Notes: generated from the sequence alone by a model not told the origin. A stretch of 64,000 nucleotides of DNA from Candidatus Marsarchaeota G1 archaeon BE_D (GCA_003019595.1 NEXD01000002.1:13137-77136); one strand, 5' to 3'; numbered from the stretch's first letter, positions 16,852-27,184 are shown. Translations and numbers: made by a program.

Positions 16852-17072
16852 CTTTTAGTAGAAATTTTTCTAGCTTCTCTTTCTGTTTCTCGTAGCATTA
16901 GTATGTCTCCTATCCTTACAGGACCCATAACATTTCTTGTTATTGTCCTTCCTTTCATAGGTCCACTTAATATTCTAACACGCACCTGTGTAACTTCGCC
17001 CGCAACGCCTGTTCTACCAACAATGGATACAACCTCAGCAGGAAATGCCTCTTCGGTAGGCTGTGCACTCAT
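16848..17072 (-). CDS. rps28e: 30S ribosomal protein S28e
   Basis: 74 aa. [39 protein letters not shown]. Confidence 0.85.
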   Translation of the reverse strand: MSAQPTEEAFPAEVVSIVGRTGVAGEVTQVRVRILSGPMKGRTITRNVMGPVRIGDILMLRETEREARKISTKR

Positions 17073-17083
17073 GCATTAATCCC

Positions 17084-17461
17084 CTATTTCTTTTGCTGTT
17101 TTAAGGAAGATATTGAGTTTATTATCTCAGCTAGCAACTCTTTGTTTTGTACTTCAATGATACAAGCAGCTGCTGCGCTGACCTCTAAACCAGCGGCCTC
17201 GCCTATCTTTTTCTTTTCACTAATAAAAATATAAGGAACCTTTTTGTCTTCGCATAGTAAAGGTAGATGTGCTACAACTTCAGGCGGTTGCACGTCTAAA
17301 GCTATGTACACAAGTTTGGCAAGTCCGCGCTCAATCGCTTTTGTTGTTTCATTAGTGCCCTTTCTTATTTTTCCACTTTCTTTTGCTTCTCTTAGTAATT
17401 TTAACGCTTTTTCCTCAAGCTCAGCTGGTGTTTGAAAAGTTACATAAAATGGTGTCGACAT
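17084..17461 (-). CDS. rpl7ae: 50S ribosomal protein L7Ae (K-turn binding protein)
   Basis: 125 aa. [44 protein letters not shown]. Confidence 0.9.
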   Translation of the reverse strand: MSTPFYVTFQTPAELEEKALKLLREAKESGKIRKGTNETTKAIERGLAKLVYIALDVQPPEVVAHLPLLCEDKKVPYIFISEKKKIGEAAGLEVSAAAACIIEVQNKELLAEIINSISSLKQQKK

Positions 17462-17503
17462 TTTTATTCACGAGCCATCATTGGCATTCACACTTGAGCG
17501 TGC

Positions 17504-17513
17504 ATATTTTAAA
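17504..17513 (-). promoter_or_regulatory. Putative TATA box for rpl7ae
   Basis: Minus strand TTTAAAATAT lies 43-52 nt upstream of the rpl7ae ATG, implying a roughly 25-30 nt 5' UTR. Confidence 0.35.
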
Positions 17514-17591
17514 GTTTTATGGTTACACTCTGATGACGAATAAAAACTATTTACTACACGTTTTTCATACTTTAATAGTTTGTCAATATGG

Positions 17592-19349
17592 TTAATCGTG
17601 TGTGAATATCAAATTAGCTTCTTCCGATAGTTCATCTAACCGAGCATAACCTATCCGGACTAGTTGTACTACACTTCCTTTTTCGATCAAACGCACACTA
17701 CTTTCTATGAATCCCTTTTTGACATACAGATTCATGCCGTTAGCGATAAAGAGTGTTGCTCTGACAGAATCATTTGCTGGAACCCATTGAAATATTGGAA
17801 CTCTTTGTCCACCCAATTCTTCTATGCTTTTTGACTCGTAATCTGCAATCAGTTTCTCGTGATCTTTTCCAAAAATTTTTATATTAAACAATTCCATTAA
17901 CCTAAGCTTATCACCCGGTTTAAGTGAAAGAGCGTCCGAACCAGATATATAAACGTCTATCGTATTTTCTATTATTTTAAGCTTAATTTTTCGAAATCCC
18001 ATAGCAGGATAGCTTGGATGTAAAGGAAGTTCAACGATTTCTGACAACTCTTTTGGCACGTTCCTTACTACGAGTTTTACTGGATCAAGCGTCAAAAAAA
18101 GCCTATTTGCCTTTGGCTCTACAACCCTTCTATTTAGCGTAGCAAGATTGTCCCAACTTATCGTAGCTTCCGAAGGTTTGAAACCAACGTCTATTATAAG
18201 ATCAATTAAAGCTTTTGGTTGAAACCCTCTTCTACGCAAAGCCATAAGGGTTGCTAGCCTTGGATCGTCCCACCCGTCACAAAACGAAGGAAAATCTATA
18301 AGTTGCCCTGATAAGATTGTTGAACGAATTTTCGATTTGCTGAGAATATAGCCTTCTAATTTCAACCTGCCATATTGAATCGAAAAAGGTGTGGATAATC
18401 CTAATTTTTTTTGAATTTCTGTCTGTATTAAACTATTTGTCAAATGCTCCTTACCACGAAAAATTAGTGTGACGCCCATTAATGAGTCGTCTAAAGCCGC
18501 AGAAAAATTGTACAAAGGAAAAACATAGTATTTTGAGCCTATTCGTGGATGCGGATGTTTTCTTGTATCTATCACTCTCATCAACGGCGGATCACGTAAA
18601 GCGGGGTTGGATTCGTGCATTGAAGTTTTGAGCCGTAAGACCGCTTTTCCTTCTTCAATATTACCAGCGATCATTTTTTCAAACAGCACAAGGGAGTCTT
18701 TTCGATCCCTGTGTGGACAAGCCAAACCACTATTTTTATAGTTTTTAAAGACTTCTTGCGTACATTCGCACACGTATGCATCATCATTTGCTATTAGTCT
18801 TCTTGCATATTCATAGTAAAGTTCTAATCTGTCAGATTGTATATATAGTTCGTCCCATTCTAATCCTAGCCATTTTAGATCTTCCTGTATCCAGTCATAC
18901 GCCTTTAGTAAAGGTGGTTTGATTTTCGGGTCTGTGTCTTCAAAACGAAGGATAAACTTTCCTCCGTATTTTTTTGCGTATTTGTAACTTAGCACAGCAG
19001 CTCTTAGATTTCCTATATGTAGTGGTCCATCGGGATTCGGCGCAAATCTTGTGACAACCCTTTCTGGTCTGTTTGGAATGTCAGGTAGATCTTTTTCTTC
19101 TTGAGGTTTTTGTTTAATCGAAAGATAGGATTTGTATTTTTCCAATTCTATTTTTTGTTCTTCATAAGATAAAGAGTTTACCTTTATCGTAAATTGCTCA
19201 ACAATTTTCAAAATTTCTTTCACCTTGGATCTTAATTCTTGGTGTTTTGCCAAAATTTTGCCAAGTACCGCTTGAGTAGAAGCTTTTCCATTATGCTCTA
19301 TTGCATTAAATAACGTTTCCGCATATATTTCGTAGTCTAAATCATTCAA
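17592..19349 (-). CDS. gltX: Glutamyl-tRNA synthetase (archaeal type)
   Basis: 585 aa. RFAPNPDGPLHIGNLRAA (HIGH) and LSKSK (KMSKS). Confidence 0.85.
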   Translation of the reverse strand: MNDLDYEIYAETLFNAIEHNGKASTQAVLGKILAKHQELRSKVKEILKIVEQFTIKVNSLSYEEQKIELEKYKSYLSIKQKPQEEKDLPDIPNRPERVVTRFAPNPDGPLHIGNLRAAVLSYKYAKKYGGKFILRFEDTDPKIKPPLLKAYDWIQEDLKWLGLEWDELYIQSDRLELYYEYARRLIANDDAYVCECTQEVFKNYKNSGLACPHRDRKDSLVLFEKMIAGNIEEGKAVLRLKTSMHESNPALRDPPLMRVIDTRKHPHPRIGSKYYVFPLYNFSAALDDSLMGVTLIFRGKEHLTNSLIQTEIQKKLGLSTPFSIQYGRLKLEGYILSKSKIRSTILSGQLIDFPSFCDGWDDPRLATLMALRRRGFQPKALIDLIIDVGFKPSEATISWDNLATLNRRVVEPKANRLFLTLDPVKLVVRNVPKELSEIVELPLHPSYPAMGFRKIKLKIIENTIDVYISGSDALSLKPGDKLRLMELFNIKIFGKDHEKLIADYESKSIEELGGQRVPIFQWVPANDSVRATLFIANGMNLYVKKGFIESSVRLIEKGSVVQLVRIGYARLDELSEEANLIFTHD

Positions 19350-19355
19350 GGCCTT

Positions 19356-20408
19356 TCACCAGTCTCTTCTTGCTGCATAATTTGCAAGTTCTATAAGTCT
19401 AGATTTAGCTTCTGAAGGATCAAATTTAGATAGGCTTTCTATTGCTTTGTTTGCATAGTTTAAAGCAAGAAATTCACATGTCTTATGTATATTCAACTTC
19501 TTCATATAACTTACAGCTTCATCCAATTCATTTTGCGAAGCATTATCCTTGCCAAGCACTTTTAATAAAGGACTGTCCTTTTCGCTGTTTTGTAAAGCTA
19601 GCAATATAGGCGCGGTCTTTTTCCCACGTTTTATATCGTTTCCAACTGGCTTGCCAGTCATTTTTTGTTCACCGAAAACACCGAGAAAATCGTCTCTGAT
19701 CTGAAACGCTAACCCCAAATTCAAACCATAATTTGCGAGGCAGATGAGACTTTCTTGGTTTATTGGCGTTACTGTTAACGCCCCAATTACCGCTGAAGCT
19801 TCATAAAGCGTAGCGGTTTTTAACGAAATCATTCTCAAATATTCTTCTAGTGATATTGTACTTTTGCTTTCAAAACTAATGTCCAAGTATTGTCCTTCGT
19901 CAATTTTAATAGAGGCTTCGACCAGCTTTTCAACTATTCCCTTGTTTCCACTCAATTTTTCAGCTTTTGAGGCACACTCAAAAGCCTTTGAAAAAAGGAG
20001 GTCGCCCGCTAATATTGCCACCGTTTCACCAAATTTCACATGTGTAGTCGGATGTCCACGTCGCAATGTATCCTTATCCATTATGTCATCATGAACAAGT
20101 GTGAAATTGTGTAACAATTCAACAGCAGTTGCAGCATAATACGTTGATTCATTTGCACCGCCAAACATGCCTGCCGTTTTTATGACTAAGTAAGGTCTCA
20201 TTCTTTTTCCGCCTAGTAACGGAAGATACGCCGCCGCTTCATAAAGTGCCATGGGTTCGCCCTTTAACACTTCCCTTATTTTTTGTTCTATTGGAAAAGT
20301 TGTCACTTTTATTTCTTGAAGTAAATCACCATTTTCAGATATGTGAATGCTCACTCTTGGTTCACCAAAATTATTTTTTACCATTATTTTAGCTTGTTTG
20401 AATTCCAT
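19356..20408 (-). CDS. idsA: Geranylgeranyl diphosphate synthase (trans-polyprenyl synthase)
   Basis: 350 aa. FARM LVHDDIMD and SARM FQIRDDFLG. Confidence 0.85.
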   Translation of the reverse strand: MEFKQAKIMVKNNFGEPRVSIHISENGDLLQEIKVTTFPIEQKIREVLKGEPMALYEAAAYLPLLGGKRMRPYLVIKTAGMFGGANESTYYAATAVELLHNFTLVHDDIMDKDTLRRGHPTTHVKFGETVAILAGDLLFSKAFECASKAEKLSGNKGIVEKLVEASIKIDEGQYLDISFESKSTISLEEYLRMISLKTATLYEASAVIGALTVTPINQESLICLANYGLNLGLAFQIRDDFLGVFGEQKMTGKPVGNDIKRGKKTAPILLALQNSEKDSPLLKVLGKDNASQNELDEAVSYMKKLNIHKTCEFLALNYANKAIESLSKFDPSEAKSRLIELANYAARRDW

Positions 20409-21162
20409 GGTTTCTCCATACTATTTTAGAGCATTTTACTTCTTCGTTAAGTATCGCTTTCTTAAGCAAACCGGGTTTTGTGGCATTTAATATTAGCGTA
20501 TTCACGCCGGCTTTTGCTGCTAATAAAGCTTGTTCAACCTTATTCTTTATACCACCAGTGGCATCTTTTGTGATTGACTTAAAGTTTGTGTATTGATCAA
20601 CTACTTCAATAAGGTTCTTGCTTTTATAGTCTTTATAAACTCCGTCTACAGCTGTGGCAAAAATCAATGTTTCTGCTTTAAGTTGAATTGCGAGCTGAGA
20701 AGCAAGCTGGTCACCTGAAATTATTGTAAAACCTGTTTTTTGATCTAGCACAACATCGCCATAAGTCACAGGAGTAAAACCTTCAGAGATCGCTCTTTCA
20801 AAAATTTGCCAAAAAGGTTTTTTAATTCTTTTGTCCAAAACAAATGAATGGGGAGGGAAACTAATTGGCGCAAAACCATTCTTGAGCATTTCCTCTAGCA
20901 CGACTTTGTTAAGCTCTAACATGCTTAACATTGTTTCGGATGCACCTTTGTTATTTGAGATCGGTTTACCGAATTGCACTTTGTTTTTTAAAGCAACTGA
21001 ATGACCAAAACTTCCTCCTCCGTGTATCACTACTAAATTCTTTCTTGTTTCTGCCATTTCCGCTATAACTCTTTCAAGATTATGCGTATTAACTCCTCTA
21101 GCACTTTTGTGTTTGTATGTTATCACACTACCTCCAAGTTTTACTACTACAACGTTTTTCAT
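20389..21162 (-). CDS. Isopentenyl phosphate kinase (amino-acid-kinase fold)
   Basis: VVVKLGGSVIT and VVIHGGGSFGH. The start is placed at ATG 21162 (MKNVVVVKLGGS), overlapping the upstream stop as TGATG. The track's TTG at 21186 is less likely. Confidence 0.8.
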   Translation of the reverse strand: MKNVVVVKLGGSVITYKHKSARGVNTHNLERVIAEMAETRKNLVVIHGGGSFGHSVALKNKVQFGKPISNNKGASETMLSMLELNKVVLEEMLKNGFAPISFPPHSFVLDKRIKKPFWQIFERAISEGFTPVTYGDVVLDQKTGFTIISGDQLASQLAIQLKAETLIFATAVDGVYKDYKSKNLIEVVDQYTNFKSITKDATGGIKNKVEQALLAAKAGVNTLILNATKPGLLKKAILNEEVKCSKIVWRNHGIQTS

Positions 21163-21905
21163 CAAAGCCACACAAATATTCGCCAACTAGGGATATAAGC
21201 GCATCCCAAAGCCCCATCATTATAAAGTTTTAATGAATGCTCTTGTAAGAGAGACAAAAAGGCTGGGTCGCCTGAACTAGCTTGAACAAGGCAACCAAAT
21301 ATGTTCAAACATTCCGCCAGTGATTTTGTCATTCTTTTTCTTAAAAACTCAGAGCAACGCACGGTAAGTCTACCAACAGAATGTGCAATAACATCATTTA
21401 CATAGCTATCCAATTTATTCTGCTTAAACGCGCCAAAATCTGCAGTCTGTGCTTTAAGAATACTTAAACCTTTTTTGTAAATCACCACTGGGTCTTCAAA
21501 TCCCTTAAATGCTACGCTAAAGCCTGTATATCCCGCATAGGCCAAAGGAAAGATCTTTGTATACTCTTTACCAAGGATACTTCTCATATCATTCGCAAAA
21601 ACCGATGCAGATTTTCCCCTGCCGTAAGCAATACCAAGAGCTGCTGCACACCATAGGGCCAATTGTTGAAACTCAAATAGATTGATTTGAGGTTTTATAA
21701 AGTCAAAAAACATTATTTCCTTTCCAGCTTTTTCAAAAATTTTTTTGACAATTTTACTTATTTTTTCGTTTGTAAAACTCGCTTCTTTTTTATAAAATAC
21801 CCCAACTCTTTTATTTGGCACTACTATGCATGGCTGCGTAGGATATACTATGGGGTCTCCTATCAAAGGTAGAGCTGTTTTTACGTAGAAAATCTCTTTT
21901 GTCAT
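21162..21905 (-). CDS. GHMP-kinase-like protein at the mevalonate kinase position, with degenerate catalytic motifs
   Basis: 247 aa. Colinear with mevalonate kinase (VKTALPLIGDPIVYPTQP vs GKvILfGEHaVVyG; GALGCAY vs GAkLTGAGGGG). The motif II region reads EFQQLALWCAAALGI instead of GLGSSAA. Synteny rps2-MEMO-mvk-ipk. Confidence 0.45.
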   Translation of the reverse strand: MTKEIFYVKTALPLIGDPIVYPTQPCIVVPNKRVGVFYKKEASFTNEKISKIVKKIFEKAGKEIMFFDFIKPQINLFEFQQLALWCAAALGIAYGRGKSASVFANDMRSILGKEYTKIFPLAYAGYTGFSVAFKGFEDPVVIYKKGLSILKAQTADFGAFKQNKLDSYVNDVIAHSVGRLTVRCSEFLRKRMTKSLAECLNIFGCLVQASSGDPAFLSLLQEHSLKLYNDGALGCAYIPSWRIFVWL

Positions 21906-22732
21906 CGTACGAAAAATACAACTGAAGCATACCCAACTACACTGTCGTAATTACCTGTGGCATCACCACTAGTGCTATACTTTAACATTTTTGCTTCGAC
22001 TTTACCCAATTTTTTAAGACAATTTATTACACTTATTATTGGACCTAGACCACAAGCGTTTACTCCAAGCTCGTCAGCCACTTTTATCACTTCTTTTTCG
22101 TCTAATCTAAGAATGGCTTGAATAACTTGTAAATCATTACTCATCGCCACTTTTTGTGGCTCATAATGGGTAAAATCCGAACTAGCAAGCAAAGCAACGT
22201 TTTTGCCATTTACTGCGGCGCTTAATGATTCACCTAATTTAATCATCTTTTTAAGTGATTGGTCTAATACACACACGGGTACTATTTTAACCTCTGGGCC
22301 AAAGGTATAATAAATAAAGGGCAACTGAACCTCAATTGAATGCTCAAATTCATGCGCTTCGTAAGTGAACTCAGGAAAATCCTTTAACAAAATTCGTGAC
22401 ACTTCTTCGTCAATCTTTAATGAACCTAATGGGGTTTCCCATTCTCCCTCATACCAAACGCTTACATCCGAACCATAACCAGTATGGTTAGGACCAACGA
22501 TCACAACCGTTTCTGGTTTCTTGTAGGCCCTAATTGTGGCATATGTATAAGACGCCACACTACCCGAATATGTATAGCCTGCGTGCGGAACAATTCCGCC
22601 TATTGGTTTCTTTTCATTACCAAACTCAGGGAGATTACCAAAACCTTTACTGAAGCATCTGTTAAGCTCTTCTAGAAGCAAACCAGGACTTTTAGGATAA
22701 AAACCATCTGCAACCGCAACTTTTCGAATCAA
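21902..22732 (-). CDS. MEMO1/AmmeMemoRadiSam system protein B family (COG1355)
   Basis: 276 aa. VADGFYP, GGIVPHAGYTYSG and SSDFTHYE. Confidence 0.75.
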   Translation of the reverse strand: MIRKVAVADGFYPKSPGLLLEELNRCFSKGFGNLPEFGNEKKPIGGIVPHAGYTYSGSVASYTYATIRAYKKPETVVIVGPNHTGYGSDVSVWYEGEWETPLGSLKIDEEVSRILLKDFPEFTYEAHEFEHSIEVQLPFIYYTFGPEVKIVPVCVLDQSLKKMIKLGESLSAAVNGKNVALLASSDFTHYEPQKVAMSNDLQVIQAILRLDEKEVIKVADELGVNACGLGPIISVINCLKKLGKVEAKMLKYSTSGDATGNYDSVVGYASVVFFVR

Positions 22733-22747
22733 TTGTGTTCGCCAGAA

Positions 22748-23350
22748 TCACATTTTTTCGAATTCATCTGGCTTAACCGTCCATTCTGTATCGAGAGGAA
22801 TTTCTCCTCTTAGCTTTAGAATTTCACGAGCTAAAAGCCAGTACACTAGTGCCAAGGATTTTCTACCACGATTATTCGCGGGTATAACAAGGTCCACATA
22901 CTCCACTGGAGAGTCCGTGTCGCAAATTGCAACTACTGGAATTCCCATTTCTGCAGCTTCTAAAACTGGTTGAGCCTCGTTTAAAGGATCAGATATAAGA
23001 ACCGCATCTGGTTCAATGTATGTTGGAAGTGATGGATTAGTAAAAGTGCCTGCCACAAAACTTTCGATTATAGCTTTATATCTTGTATGGGCAGCAAATT
23101 TTAAAACTGGTGCATGAGCGTTTCTTCGCAAACCGACGCACACAACTTTTTCAGGTTCAAATTGAAAGAGAAATCTAGCGCCAAGCCTTATTCTTTCGTC
23201 TATTTTAGATATATTTAACAAGTACACTCCATCGCTCTGAATTCCTTGTATAAATCTGTGCATTAGTTTTGCCTTTCTATTAGTTCCTAGATTTACATTA
23301 GCGTTTTTGTAAACATCTTCTCCTATCAAAAGTTGTGTCAATTCACTCAA
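22748..23350 (-). CDS. rps2: 30S ribosomal protein S2
   Basis: 200 aa. [18 protein letters not shown] and [12 protein letters not shown]. Confidence 0.9.
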   Translation of the reverse strand: MSELTQLLIGEDVYKNANVNLGTNRKAKLMHRFIQGIQSDGVYLLNISKIDERIRLGARFLFQFEPEKVVCVGLRRNAHAPVLKFAAHTRYKAIIESFVAGTFTNPSLPTYIEPDAVLISDPLNEAQPVLEAAEMGIPVVAICDTDSPVEYVDLVIPANNRGRKSLALVYWLLAREILKLRGEIPLDTEWTVKPDEFEKM

Positions 23351-23577
23351 TTCTGCGCACTCTCCTGTGTTTTCATCGCAGAAAATACAGTTATGTCGTC
23401 AATCAACTCAACATGCGAAATAAACATACGCCTACAACAATATCTTTTAATTCCCATAGAATCCAAGACATCTTTCGGCCTTTCTCCTTTTGAAACACGT
23501 GAATAATATTCTTCCCAGTAGTGTGCTAAAACTTTTCCGCAAGTAAAACATCTTACTGGAAACATCATTTTTATCAC
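23347..23577 (-). CDS. rpoN: DNA-directed RNA polymerase subunit N (Rpo10)
   Basis: 76 aa. [20 protein letters not shown]. Confidence 0.85.
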   Translation of the reverse strand: MIKMMFPVRCFTCGKVLAHYWEEYYSRVSKGERPKDVLDSMGIKRYCCRRMFISHVELIDDITVFSAMKTQESAQN

Positions 23578-23993
23578 CTATACGACTTTTGGAACCTTCT
23601 TCTTGCGCCTGGTCCACCAAACTTTTTCGGCTCTTTACGTCTTGGATCACCACTAAGAATTGTTCTGTCATAGTCCATAAGTAGTCTTTTTATTTCTTCA
23701 GAACCAGTAAATTTGACCAACGCTCTTCCTATTGCGATTCTACATGCATCAGCCTGTCCCATAAAACCTCCACCAGAAACTTTTACGAAAATATCCACTT
23801 TATGTCTTAAAGTTTCTGGAATGACATTAAGCGGTTCCAAAATCCGTTCTCTTACTTGCTCGATTGGAATTGTTTCAAGCGGTCGTCCATTTATGAATAC
23901 TCTTCCTATGCCAGGGCGGATTAACGCCTTAGCTATAGCAGTTTTTCTTTTTCCAGTAACAATTACGTCGACCATCTTTAAACACCCTTCCAA
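23574..23993 (-). CDS. rps9: 30S ribosomal protein S9
   Basis: 139 aa. [18 protein letters not shown] and a C-terminal KSYR. Confidence 0.9.
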   Translation of the reverse strand: MEGCLKMVDVIVTGKRKTAIAKALIRPGIGRVFINGRPLETIPIEQVRERILEPLNVIPETLRHKVDIFVKVSGGGFMGQADACRIAIGRALVKFTGSEEIKRLLMDYDRTILSGDPRRKEPKKFGGPGARRRFQKSYR

Positions 23994-24424
23994 CCAAAAC
24001 GTTTTGCGATTGTCTCAAGAGTGTAAAAGCCCTTAGTGGCGTTAACGCGAGCAACGTCAACAGATTCAAAGCGCTGATTGACAAGTTCAGCTGGTACTCC
24101 AATATAAACTTTTAGTCTCGAAAGAGCACTTTTTCCTTTAGCCTTTCTATAGGGTAACATTCTTTTTACTACGCTTCTAAAATATTTATCTGGTCTAACA
24201 TATCTTTTTGGGGAGTGTCTAAATGGGTTTATCACCGATTTTATTTCATACCTGTGTTCCCATTCTCGCACAATAGATAGCCAATTGCCTTTTATCACCG
24301 CTTTTTCAACGTTTACTATAATAATCGTTTCACCATTAAGCAAGCGTTTGGCTACTTGTGAGGCAAGTCTACCAAGCACTAAACCGTTTGCGTCTATTAT
24401 TGTTTTTTTAATTTGTTCACTCAT
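23978..24424 (-). CDS. rpl13: 50S ribosomal protein L13
   Basis: 148 aa. IDANGLVLGRLAS.VAK.LL.G and MLPYRKAKG. Confidence 0.9.
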   Translation of the reverse strand: MSEQIKKTIIDANGLVLGRLASQVAKRLLNGETIIIVNVEKAVIKGNWLSIVREWEHRYEIKSVINPFRHSPKRYVRPDKYFRSVVKRMLPYRKAKGKSALSRLKVYIGVPAELVNQRFESVDVARVNATKGFYTLETIAKRFGWKGV

Positions 24425-24777
24425 TTTAGAATCACCAAACCTGAGCCACTCGGGTTAACTCTTACAACTTCGCTTAGTGGAAGCGCTCTTCCTCCAGCTT
24501 GTACTATCTTTTTTTGTGCGCTTTTAGAAAAAGAAAGAGCTGCAATTGTAATTGGTGAATTTATCGTACCAGCTCCTAATACCCTACCTGGGACAACAAC
24601 TATGGAATCTGGTTTGGCATATCTTGCAATTTTTGAAAGATTAACTTCGTGAACTAATCTTCTTGATTTGTTTACTTCTTTAAACACGGCTTTCCAAAAA
24701 GCGCTTCCTTTTGCCGCTTTTTTTATGCGTCTAATTTCCATTCTTAGAAACAGATTGGTTGGACCCGTTCTTTTCAC
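24421..24777 (-). CDS. rpl18e: 50S ribosomal protein L18e
   Basis: 118 aa. KRTGPTN start and VVVPGRVLGAG. Confidence 0.8.
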   Translation of the reverse strand: MKRTGPTNLFLRMEIRRIKKAAKGSAFWKAVFKEVNKSRRLVHEVNLSKIARYAKPDSIVVVPGRVLGAGTINSPITIAALSFSKSAQKKIVQAGGRALPLSEVVRVNPSGSGLVILK

Positions 24778-25606
24778 TTATAATTTCCTCCTTTTTTTCT
24801 AATAAGCTCACAAGTATCTCAAGTTTACGAATTAGTATTAGTGCGGCTGTTTTAAGTATTACCTTCGGTGGTAAAGAGCCAGTCGATTCTATTGTCATTC
24901 TAACAATGGATTCATCCCATGAAATTTTGGTGGCACCAGTTTTGCAATCTTTTTCACAAGCTCTACAAAGAATGCACTCCCATGCATCTGTAAATCTCAA
25001 AACGCCATCTTTGTATTCAAGACATTGTTTAGGACAAACATTAACATGCTCCTCACAATTGAATTCTTTGCTCTTATCAAAAATCAAAACTGGTTTAAAG
25101 CTGTAACTCACTGGACTTACTGGACTGAATTTCGCATGTTGTTTTCCTATACCGTATCTTGCAAATGCTTGCAATTCTACAATTTGTCCTACTCCTAGCT
25201 TAAAAAGGGGAATGTTCTTTTCCACAACTTCTATCTCTTCAGCCCCCAAACTCTTTAAGTCGCTAGAATAAATCGTAAGAGATTTTCCCGCTTGTGGTGG
25301 ACATTCCGCTCTTAGTTGTAGATCAGACCTGTATTCTGGGATTAAGCCGTTTTGTATATCAATAGACAAGTTGGCAAGGAACTCTGGGTCAGGGTTGGTT
25401 TTTAGTGGCAAAAGTCCTAGTCTGTGCGCTATGTATTCATTATAAAGCGAAGATGTGTTTTCTGTAAATAAAACCTCATCTATAGCGAGTGTTGGAACTT
25501 CGGCTATCATTGTTCTTCTTAAAGCGTTTACTATTTCTTTTGGAAAACCTGAGATTTCTAATTTTAAAAAGTGTTCGTTTTCTTCTATAATCTTTATTTC
25601 GGCCAA
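24731..25606 (-). CDS. rpoD: DNA-directed RNA polymerase subunit D (Rpo3) with 4Fe-4S-type Cys cluster
   Basis: 291 aa. NALRRTMIAEVPTLAID, HRLGLLPL, and CPKQC..CILCRACEKDC. Confidence 0.85.
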   Translation of the reverse strand: MAEIKIIEENEHFLKLEISGFPKEIVNALRRTMIAEVPTLAIDEVLFTENTSSLYNEYIAHRLGLLPLKTNPDPEFLANLSIDIQNGLIPEYRSDLQLRAECPPQAGKSLTIYSSDLKSLGAEEIEVVEKNIPLFKLGVGQIVELQAFARYGIGKQHAKFSPVSPVSYSFKPVLIFDKSKEFNCEEHVNVCPKQCLEYKDGVLRFTDAWECILCRACEKDCKTGATKISWDESIVRMTIESTGSLPPKVILKTAALILIRKLEILVSLLEKKEEIISEKNGSNQSVSKNGN

Positions 25607-25611
25607 TTTAT

Positions 25612-26010
25612 CTACACTCTCCTACCTCTTCTTCCTCCAGGTCGCCTTGTAGAATCCGTTGGTAGTGGTGTGACGTCTGTTATTTTGCCAATCACAAAAC
25701 CAGCTCGCGATAACGTCCTTATTGCTGATTGGGCGCCTGGTCCTGGAGTCTTTGGTCCATGACCACCAGGAGCGCGCACATAAATCACTAATGCGTTTAT
25801 ACCCTTAGCCATTGCTGCTTGAGCCGCTTGTGATGCTGAAAGCATTGCGGCATAAGGAGAAGCTTTCTCCCTATCTGCTTTGACAACTCTACCACCAGAA
25901 CTTATGCCCACAGTTTCTGCGCCAGAAAGATCTGTAATATGCACAATTGTGTTGTTATACGAACTATAAATATGTGCTAATCCCCAATTCAAATCCAGCA
26001 TTGATGACAT
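25612..26010 (-). CDS. rps11: 30S ribosomal protein S11
   Basis: 132 aa. [18 protein letters not shown] and [15 protein letters not shown]. Confidence 0.9.
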   Translation of the reverse strand: MSSMLDLNWGLAHIYSSYNNTIVHITDLSGAETVGISSGGRVVKADREKASPYAAMLSASQAAQAAMAKGINALVIYVRAPGGHGPKTPGPGAQSAIRTLSRAGFVIGKITDVTPLPTDSTRRPGGRRGRRV

Positions 26011-26016
26011 TCAATA

Positions 26017-26550
26017 TCAACCCTGTGTGTTTGAAGGTGTCTGCAACTTCTGTTGGTATACTTTGTAAAATGGGCTCGTTACCCTTATTTTAATTCGACT
26101 TTCTTCGTCGGCTTTTACAAAATATCCTGGAACATCTACTACGCGATCATCAATGGTTATGTGTCTGTGCACAACCATTTGTCTTGCAGCATGGATTGTG
26201 GGAGCGTAGCCCTTTCTGAATACTATTGTTTGTAACCGTCTTTCGAGCACGTCTTTTGCGGTAAGAGAAAGAATGCTATCAGCGGTTGCGTTTTCGTATT
26301 TAATTAAGCCCAAGCGATATAATCTTTGCACAAGCTCTTTTTCTACTTTAGCCCGCTCAGCTTCAGGCAGGCCTAGAATTTTTCTTGCCATTTTACGATA
26401 CCTTCTTGCAATTGTTTGAGCCTTGTACAACTCACGTTTGTTTCGAAGACCGTATTCACCTATTAACTTAAGCGCTTCGCGTAAATCTGTCGCACGCCAA
26501 GGTTTTTTTGGGCCTTCCCATGTCTTTTTTAAGCGGCGAGGGTCTCCCAA
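26017..26550 (-). CDS. rps4: 30S ribosomal protein S4
   Basis: The start is moved to TTG 26550 (xGDPRRLKKTWEGPKKPW), with GGTGAT 6 nt upstream. This removes the 50-nt overlap with rps13 implied by the track ATG. Confidence 0.9.
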   Translation of the reverse strand: MGDPRRLKKTWEGPKKPWRATDLREALKLIGEYGLRNKRELYKAQTIARRYRKMARKILGLPEAERAKVEKELVQRLYRLGLIKYENATADSILSLTAKDVLERRLQTIVFRKGYAPTIHAARQMVVHRHITIDDRVVDVPGYFVKADEESRIKIRVTSPFYKVYQQKLQTPSNTQG

Positions 26551-26557
26551 TTTAATA

Positions 26558-27070
26558 TCACCCTTCCTTCTTTTGTTGGGTTGCCACGCCCTTTCTCTTA
26601 ACACCAACTGTTTGGCCTAGTCGACCTGTAGTTCTAGTGCGCTGACCCCTAACTTTAAGGCCAAGAGAATGACGAATACCTTTCCAACTTCTTATTTTCA
26701 TCATCGTTTCTACATCTTTTCTAATTGCCATAAGTAAGTCTGGGCCTATCAAATGTATTGATTGGCCGAGATAAGGATCTCTTTGTCTATTAAACATCCA
26801 AGCTGGTATACCAAACTTCTCTGGATTTCTAATCGCTTGCTCAATTTTTGATATTTCTTCTTCGTTAAGCTGTCCGATGGGTGTGTCAGGATCGATGTTG
26901 GTTGCCCTTAATACTGCATTAGAGAAAGATCTACCTATTCCTCTTACACGGGGTAGCGCATAACCAGTCTTAATGTTTCCAGGCAAATCAACTCCGGCAA
27001 TTCTTACTACCGCCTTAAAGCTTTCAGACAATCTTTCTACCACCGTTTTGCATTGTGAACTGCTATGCAA
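26558..27070 (-). CDS. rps13: 30S ribosomal protein S13
   Basis: 170 aa. RIAGVDLPG, GIGRSF and GLKVRGQRTRTTGR. Confidence 0.9.
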   Translation of the reverse strand: MHSSSQCKTVVERLSESFKAVVRIAGVDLPGNIKTGYALPRVRGIGRSFSNAVLRATNIDPDTPIGQLNEEEISKIEQAIRNPEKFGIPAWMFNRQRDPYLGQSIHLIGPDLLMAIRKDVETMMKIRSWKGIRHSLGLKVRGQRTRTTGRLGQTVGVKRKGVATQQKKEG

Positions 27071-27099
27071 TACTATATAAGTTTGTCTTTTCTCACTGC

Positions 27100-27184
27100 G
27101 CCGGGGGCGGGATTTGAACCCGCGCGGCCTTTTAGGCCACGGGCTCTCCAGGCCCGCTCCCTTCCAGGCTAGGAGACCCCGGCG
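27100..27184 (-). tRNA. tRNA-Ser (GGA)
   Basis: GCCGGGG acceptor, anticodon arm CGGGC-CUGGAGA-GCCCG, long variable arm UGGCCUAAAAGGCCGC, T arm GCGGG-UUCAAAU-CCCGC, discriminator G. CCA is not encoded. Confidence 0.9.

Noticed and set aside
17462-17500. A C-box-like AAUGAUGG and duplicated GUGAAU in the predicted rpl7ae 5' UTR, as a possible autoregulatory K-turn. L7Ae is known to bind a K-turn in its own leader in some archaea.
   Set aside because: I could form a GCCA/UGGC hairpin. I could not place tandem sheared G-A pairs next to a 3-nt bulge in a canonical K-turn or K-loop geometry, so it remains only a motif resemblance.
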